A DNA stretch of 38,232 bases. It comes from an uncultured Dehalococcoidia bacterium. Its GTDB lineage: Bacteria; Chloroflexota; Dehalococcoidia; Lucifugimonadales; UBA3495. The stretch's first letter is position 1; each line of letters opens with the position of its first letter. Below are positions 33,490 through 38,232 of the stretch, piece after piece. The notes under the pieces were generated by a model. That model did not search any database. It saw nothing but the letters and a program-made list of their open reading frames with translations, and had not been told where the DNA came from. The position numbers and the translations under genes were made by a program. Where the stretch lies: the NCBI GenBank assembly GCA_964401855.1, contig CAYOAF010000054.1, positions 1-38,232 of the forward strand, written 5' to 3'.

Positions 33490-34749
33490 ATGAGTTCAGA
33501 ATCTCCCGCCCTGACCAAGACAGAGAGAAACCTGTGGAACGCCATCGTAGCCGAGGCGCTGGCCCACCTGAAATATAACGCCTATGCCCATAAGGCGCTG
33601 GAGGAAGGGCTCCCCGAGGTAGCCCAGATATTTCAGGAGGTGGCGGGGGCCGAGACGATTCACGGTATTAACCACCTGCGGGTGTCCGGTGACATCGGGA
33701 CCACGGCGGAGAACCTGCACACCGTCGCGGTCGGGGAGTCCAAGGAGGCCAGCACTCTGTACCCGCGGATGATTCAAGACGCCCTGGCAGAGGGCCGCAC
33801 CGACGCCGCCGATTCATTTGGCATGGCCCTGGAACGGGAGCGCCACCACCTGGAGATGTTCACTCAGGCACTGGAGCAACTGCAAGCGCGGCAGCGCGGC
33901 TGTTCGGCGCCCGCCGATGTAGTTGAAGAGGTTTCAGCCCCTACGGATGCGGAATCCGGCCCGGCCATCGGGGACGCCCCGGCGCCGCCGCCGGCGGGGG
34001 CCATGACCGTTCCCGCTTCGGAGCTGGAAACCTACGTCACCGCGGCCATGGAGGTAGACCGGGAGCGCTGGCGAGTCGCCTCGATGGGTAGATTACGTGA
34101 GGTGGTTTTCGGGGCCCAGGACGGCATCCTGAGCACGCTGGCCCTGGTGACCTCGGTGGCCGTGGCGGTGGACCAAACCTCCACCGTGCTGGTGGCCGGG
34201 CTGGCCGGGGCCCTGGCCGGGATGATCTCGATGGCGACGGGGGCTTACCTGGGTTCCCGGGCCGAGCAGGATGTTTGGCGCGCCGAGATTGCCCGGGAAG
34301 CCGAGGAGCTGGAATCCAACCCCGCGGAGGAGTTGGCCGAGTTGACGGTGATCTTCCAGCGCGAAGGGAAGACCTACGAGGAGGCCCGCCGCCTGTCCGA
34401 CCAGATCGCCGAGGACAAGGACCTCTGGCTGCGCACCCTGGTGGAGAAGGAGCTGGGAATCAGCCCCGAAACGACGGCCAGTCCCATCAAGGATGCATTC
34501 GCCATGGGGCTTTCCTTCACCCTGGCCGCCCTGGTGCCCATCGTTCCCTACATGGTGCTGGACGGAGGGGCCGCCATTGCCGTCTCCGTGGCGGCGGCCC
34601 TCGCGGGCCTGTTCGCGCTGGGGATGGGTAAAGGGCGCCTGGTCCGGAAATCGCCCATTCTACAGGGCTTGGAGATTCTCGGAATCGGCGTGGTCTCTGC
34701 CGCCGTCGGATTCGGTCTGGGTGACGTTATACCCCGGCTGGTGACCTAG
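33490..34749 (+). CDS. Erythrin-VIT1 fusion (rubrerythrin/ferritin-like N-domain + VIT1/CCC1 membrane domain; MbfA-type iron/manganese transporter)
   Basis: The N-domain 'TERNLWNAIVAEALAHLKYNAYAHKALEEG...FQEVAGAETIHGINHL...ESKEAS..YPRM' is ferritin-like with E-x-x-H motifs. The C-terminal 'REVVFGAQDGILSTLALVTSVA...' plus TM segments is VIT1. I place the start at the ATG at 33490; the upstream extension is unsupported. Confidence 0.8.
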   Translation: MSSESPALTKTERNLWNAIVAEALAHLKYNAYAHKALEEGLPEVAQIFQEVAGAETIHGINHLRVSGDIGTTAENLHTVAVGESKEASTLYPRMIQDALAEGRTDAADSFGMALERERHHLEMFTQALEQLQARQRGCSAPADVVEEVSAPTDAESGPAIGDAPAPPPAGAMTVPASELETYVTAAMEVDRERWRVASMGRLREVVFGAQDGILSTLALVTSVAVAVDQTSTVLVAGLAGALAGMISMATGAYLGSRAEQDVWRAEIAREAEELESNPAEELAELTVIFQREGKTYEEARRLSDQIAEDKDLWLRTLVEKELGISPETTASPIKDAFAMGLSFTLAALVPIVPYMVLDGGAAIAVSVAAALAGLFALGMGKGRLVRKSPILQGLEILGIGVVSAAVGFGLGDVIPRLVT

Positions 34750-34756
34750 AGGGGGA

Positions 34757-35668
34757 TTAACGCACCCGGTCTAGTATCTTGTTGACAGCCGTCACGAAGT
34801 CCGCCGGGTTGTCCCCTTGGACCAGGTGCCCGGCCCCGGATATGGTTACCGTCTCACAGCCGGGGATGATCTCCTCCATTTGCTGCATCGTTTCTACTGG
34901 AAAAACATCGCTATTGCTGCCTCGGACCACCAGTGTGGGGCATTCAATCTTGCGCACGCAGTCCCACAGCTGATCCGCGGTATAGCCTGTTTCCCGGCGG
35001 CCCGGGGTGCGCCAAATCTTGTCGGCTTTCCAGATCCACTTGCCGTCGGAGCGCTGGCGGATACTGTACTTCAACGCGCCCAGCACCTGTTCCCGGCTGC
35101 GCCCGGTGTATTCGATAACCCGGTGGGCGAACTCCTCGAAGGTGTCCAATTCGTCGGGAAGCTCCCGGAACCGGGCCATCCGGTCCTGGCCGCGGCGTGC
35201 ATTGACGGGCCCGGTATCCACGATTACCAGTGCCTTCAGTGCCCCCGGGTGGCGTGAGGCCCAAACGTAGCTGTTGCGGCCCCCCATGGAATGACCGAAC
35301 AGGATGAACCGGTCCAGCCCCATGGCTTCAACGAACCCGTCGATGTCTCCTTGAAAGGCGTCGATCCTATAGTCAGCTCCGGCCGCCCAGTCACTATCCC
35401 CGTGGCCCCGCTGATCCATCGCCAGGATGTGATACTGGTCAGAAAGGGCCAGGCTCACGAAGTCCCAGCTATGGGCCTGCTGAGAATTGCCGTGGAGCAT
35501 CAGGATCGTTGGGTTGGCGACGTCGCCCCACTCCAGGTAATGGAAGTTCATTCCGTTGACTTGAACATTCTTATCAGTGGGCTCGCTCTCCACGGCGAAC
35601 TGCACGCCCATCTGGCGAGCTGCATCATGAAGCGATAGGCCTACACCGCCCTCGGTGGAAGACGCCAT
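34757..35668 (-). CDS. Alpha/beta-fold hydrolase
   Basis: 'ILMLHGNSQQAHSWD', the nucleophile elbow 'GHSMGG' and the C-terminal 'GAGHLVQGDNP'. Confidence 0.85.
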   Translation of the reverse strand: MASSTEGGVGLSLHDAARQMGVQFAVESEPTDKNVQVNGMNFHYLEWGDVANPTILMLHGNSQQAHSWDFVSLALSDQYHILAMDQRGHGDSDWAAGADYRIDAFQGDIDGFVEAMGLDRFILFGHSMGGRNSYVWASRHPGALKALVIVDTGPVNARRGQDRMARFRELPDELDTFEEFAHRVIEYTGRSREQVLGALKYSIRQRSDGKWIWKADKIWRTPGRRETGYTADQLWDCVRKIECPTLVVRGSNSDVFPVETMQQMEEIIPGCETVTISGAGHLVQGDNPADFVTAVNKILDRVR

Positions 35669-35851
35669 TTCTTAACCTCCCAGGCTAGTTTCAAAACCCA
35701 TGATAACCCGGTTGTCAAGGTAGACCCCATCCCGGGGGCAGGGTTGAGGTTTCCTTTCTCCGAGGCTGGTGCTATCATTAAACGGCGAAAGTACGGGTCC
35801 AAGTGGGGCCGGTAACGTGCGAACCCAATCCAGTGAGGAGAATCGGTTCCT

Positions 35852-36517
35852 ATGACCACTCAGGCGATTACATTGGAACTGGAGCCCAGGGAGTTGCTGG
35901 GCAAGAAAGTGAAACAGTTGCGGCGCACGGGGATCATCCCGGTCCACCTGTATGGACCGGGGGTGGAGTCCCGTTCCTTGCAATGCCAGGCCCAAAAGCT
36001 CATCCAGGTGCTGGTCCGGGCCGGCGGCAGCACACCGATCACGGTCACTGTGCGGGGTGGGCAGGGCAGCCATCTCGCGTTCGTCCGGGAGATCCAGTGG
36101 GACCCCAGGCGGGACGATCTCCTCCACGTTGATCTGCTGGTGGCGGAAGCCAACCGGATGGTGCGGGCCCAGGTGCCCATCACCCTCGTCGGTGAGTCGC
36201 CGGGCGCCAGGATCGCCGGCGGGACAATAATGCATCAGCTTCACGAGTTGGATGTGGAGGCGCTGCCTCTGGAGATGCCTAGCCAGGCAGAGGTAGACCT
36301 GGCCCTTCTGACCGAGCCGGATGGTGTCGTAAGGGCCGGTGATATCAACTTGCCCTCCAACGTGACGGTGCTGACCGACCTCGACGAGGTGGTGGTCCGG
36401 ATCGAGCTCCCCAGGGTGGTGGCGGAAGAAGAAGCGGTCTCCGAGGAAGCCGCTGGGGGACAAGCCGACGCCGGGGAAACGCCGGCCGATGCGGAGAGTT
36501 CGGACACCGAGGAATAG
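35852..36517 (+). CDS. rplY: 50S ribosomal protein L25 / general stress protein Ctc
   Basis: 'LELEPRELLGKKVKQLRRTGIIPVHLYG...' and '...LLHVDLL', with an acidic C-terminal tail. Length 221 aa is typical of the Ctc form. Confidence 0.9.
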   Translation: MTTQAITLELEPRELLGKKVKQLRRTGIIPVHLYGPGVESRSLQCQAQKLIQVLVRAGGSTPITVTVRGGQGSHLAFVREIQWDPRRDDLLHVDLLVAEANRMVRAQVPITLVGESPGARIAGGTIMHQLHELDVEALPLEMPSQAEVDLALLTEPDGVVRAGDINLPSNVTVLTDLDEVVVRIELPRVVAEEEAVSEEAAGGQADAGETPADAESSDTEE

Positions 36518-36677
36518 ACGGATTAGCCGAAGCGCGCCAGCCGGCGTAGCCAGGCCTTGAGCCGGTCCCCGTCTACGACCAGTACTAGGTACCGAAAAAT
36601 GGCCGGCGTCACGGGCTGGTGCAGCGGGAGCGGTCGACCCGGTCCAGATCGAGGACCGATCTAGCCGCCTCCGGTTC

Positions 36678-36706
36678 TTTACATGGGTGAAACGGAGGAA
36701 TACAAT
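36678..36706 (+). promoter_or_regulatory. Candidate sigma-70 promoter for greA
   Basis: TTTACA (36678-36683), a 17-nt spacer, then TACAAT (36701-36706). The ATG that opens the computed 192-aa ORF (36683) lies at the 3' edge of the -35 hexamer, which places it upstream of the predicted transcription start. Confidence 0.55.
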
Positions 36707-36714
36707 GCTGGAAA

Positions 36715-36758
36715 GGGAAGTGGCGGCCCTGTCCGCCATTTCCCATCTTGTTTTCTCC
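36715..36758 (+). terminator. Terminator/attenuator-like hairpin in the greA leader
   Basis: A 12-bp stem pairs gggaagtggcgg (36715-36726) with ccgccatttccc (36733-36744), including one G-U pair. The loop is ccctgt. The U-rich tract aucuuguuuucucc (36745-36758) follows. The element lies between the predicted promoter and the greA RBS. Confidence 0.45.
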
Positions 36759-36794
36759 TATGTACCTGGCCTGCGTGTCTAGGGGGAAAGGGCC

Positions 36795-37261
36795 GTGCCG
36801 CAGCCCATCTATCTGTCCCGGAAAGGGTTGAAAAACTACGGGTGGAGCTTGAACATCTCCAGACCGTGGGGCGTCACAACGTGGCGGAGCGCATCCAGCA
36901 ATTCCGGGAACGGGGCGGCACCGTGAGCAACGCCGAGTACGAGGAGGCCAAGAACGAGATGGCCTTCACCGAGGGACGCATCCTCTCGCTGGACAATATG
37001 ATCAGCAACGCCGTTATCATCGAAAAAAGCCATGGAGCAAGGGATGCGGTTGAGATTGGCGCCAAGGTAACGGTACTGCGCCAGGACGGAAAGACGTACC
37101 GGTACGCCATCACCGGCAGCGCTGAAGCCGACCCCGCCAAGGGGATGATCTCCAACATTTCCCCCATCGGGAAAGGCCTGCTGGGGAAACAGGTTGGCGA
37201 GGTTACCGAGGTGAGCGTGCCAGCCGGCAAGGTCAAGCTCGAAGTCCTTGCCATCGAGTAG
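36795..37261 (+). CDS. greA: Transcription elongation factor GreA (requires a -1 frame change at the A5 run 36831-36835, or reflects a 1-nt homopolymer error)
   Basis: Downstream frame: 'KLRVELEHLQTVGRHNVAERIQQFRERG...NAEYEEAKNEMAFTEGRILSLDNMISNAVII...ISNISPIGKGLLGKQVGEVTEV'. The GTG at 36795 has the RBS AGGGGGAAAGG and encodes MPQPIYLSRKGLK in the +1-offset frame. Joining the frames at the A-run gives a 155-aa canonical GreA. Confidence 0.8.
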
Positions 37262-37458
37262 AGTGTTACAGCCGGCCGCTTTCGAAAGGCCGGAGACGGA
37301 TTCCCCAGTTGGTGCTGGACCCTGGCAGCCGTCCCGTACCGGACCAGTCGCGGGCCGGCTTCGCCGCGCACCCGCGGCCACGCCCGGAGGTCCCGGCTTC
37401 CACAAAGGAGCCCTCCTGAGCAGCTTGCATTTCACCCACCACCGTCCTTCCCTTGCGG

Positions 37459-38232
37459 ATGGCGGACAGCTATAACGTGCCGGACCGGAAAGACAGCCTG
37501 CTGGCCAGCCGCCATGCCAAGCTGGAGCGCATTCGCCAGCTAGGAATCGACCCTTACCCCCCTCGCTTCGAACGCACCTGTGATGCGGCCGCCGCCATCG
37601 CCCGCTTCGAGGCCGTGGAGAGCGGCGCGGAGCCGGAGCCGGACCCGGCGGACCGAGAGGTGGCCCTGGCCGGACGCATTACCTCCATCCGGGTCATGGG
37701 CAAGGCCGCCTTCCTGGACCTGCGGGACGCCTCCGGGACTGTCCAGGCCCTGCTGCGGCAAAACGTGCTGGGCGACGGCTTCGACCTAGTGAAGGACCTG
37801 GACCTGGGCGACCACCTGGGCGTCAACGGCCCCATGATCCGCACCCGCACCGGCCAGGTCACCATCGAGGCCCTCCGCCTCACGCTGACGGCCAAGGGGA
37901 TGCGACCCCTGCCTGAGAAATGGCACGGCCTTCGGGATGTGGAGATACGCTACCGGCAGCGGTACCTGGACCTGATCTCCAATCCGGACGTGATGTCCGT
38001 CTTCGCCCAGCGCAGCCGGATAATCAGCGGAGTCCGGAGATTCATGGATGAGCGGGGGTTTCTGGAGGTGGATACCCCCGTCCTGGTGCCCGTGGCCGCC
38101 GGCGCCCACGCCCGGCCCTTCGTCACCCACCACAACGCCTTGGACCAGCAGCTATACCTTCGGATTGCGACAGAGCTGTACCTCAAGAAGCTGATAATAG
38201 GCGGCTTCGACAAGGTGTACGAGCTGGGGAGG
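37459..38232 (+). CDS. lysS: Lysine--tRNA ligase (class II), 5' part; runs off the window
   Basis: '[20 protein letters not shown]', the OB fold '[29 protein letters not shown]', then '[13 protein letters not shown]' and 'FLEVDTPVL...[44 protein letters not shown]'. The frame is open to the last base, which explains its absence from the ORF track. Confidence 0.9.
   Translation, partial: MADSYNVPDRKDSLLASRHAKLERIRQLGIDPYPPRFERTCDAAAAIARFEAVESGAEPEPDPADREVALAGRITSIRVMGKAAFLDLRDASGTVQALLRQNVLGDGFDLVKDLDLGDHLGVNGPMIRTRTGQVTIEALRLTLTAKGMRPLPEKWHGLRDVEIRYRQRYLDLISNPDVMSVFAQRSRIISGVRRFMDERGFLEVDTPVLVPVAAGAHARPFVTHHNALDQQLYLRIATELYLKKLIIGGFDKVYELGR

Noticed and set aside
35672-36739. 355-aa ORF on the minus strand
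   Set aside because: It lies antisense to rplY/ctc and runs through the greA promoter and leader. It has no motifs and arginine/proline-rich composition.
36683-36794. ATG at 36683 as the greA start (192-aa product given by the ORF track)
   Set aside because: The extra 37 residues (GETEEYNAGKGSGGPVRHFPSCFLLCTWPACLGGKGRAAAH) have no GreA homology. The ATG lies at the 3' edge of the -35 hexamer of the best promoter, and it has no RBS. The GTG at 36795 with a strong RBS encodes the canonical N-terminus in the neighbouring frame.

Overview
This is a high-GC bacterial chromosomal segment, mostly housekeeping and catabolic genes packed on both strands. The gene content (acVLRF1-type release-factor homologue, several CaiB-type CoA-transferases, NiSOD, a siroheme-branch tetrapyrrole cluster, GGAGG ribosome-binding sites) suggests a Chloroflexota/Actinomycetota-like organism; that is inference only. 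I support about 35 protein genes, read left to right. A low-GC Toprim-like ORF sits at the left edge. Next come two tandem family-III CoA-transferases, an MFS transporter, a DEAD-box helicase, an MBL hydrolase, a Gfo/Idh/MocA oxidoreductase and an EthD-like protein. These are followed by hfq, a CaCA cation/proton exchanger, a solo tRNA-Ile(GAU), an MscS channel, a cupin, a sirtuin and pcm. A tetrapyrrole cluster follows: HTH regulator, fused AhbA/B-type siroheme decarboxylase, sirC, hemC, cobA-hemD, hemB, hemL. After it come sodN, ilvD, a MazF/PemK toxin cassette, a crotonase and an NHL-propeller lipoprotein. The right end holds a Vms1-like (VLRF1) peptidyl-tRNA hydrolase immediately upstream of mutS2, then NIPSNAP, an erythrin-VIT1 iron transporter, an alpha/beta hydrolase, rplY/ctc, greA and the 5' part of lysS. 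The most interesting observations are four. (1) VLRF1 and MutS2 are tightly coupled, which may be a two-gene ribosome-rescue ('split and release') module. (2) A toxin-antitoxin cassette sits between two diverged copies of the ilvD 3' end, and its antitoxin appears to lack its DNA-binding half. (3) greA has a near-consensus promoter inside the computed ORF, a terminator-like leader hairpin, and an apparent -1 frame change at an A5 run. (4) Several unrelated long hairpin (REP-like) elements lie in intergenic spacers, two of them inside the tetrapyrrole operon. No CRISPR array, rRNA gene or recognisable transposase or integrase was found.
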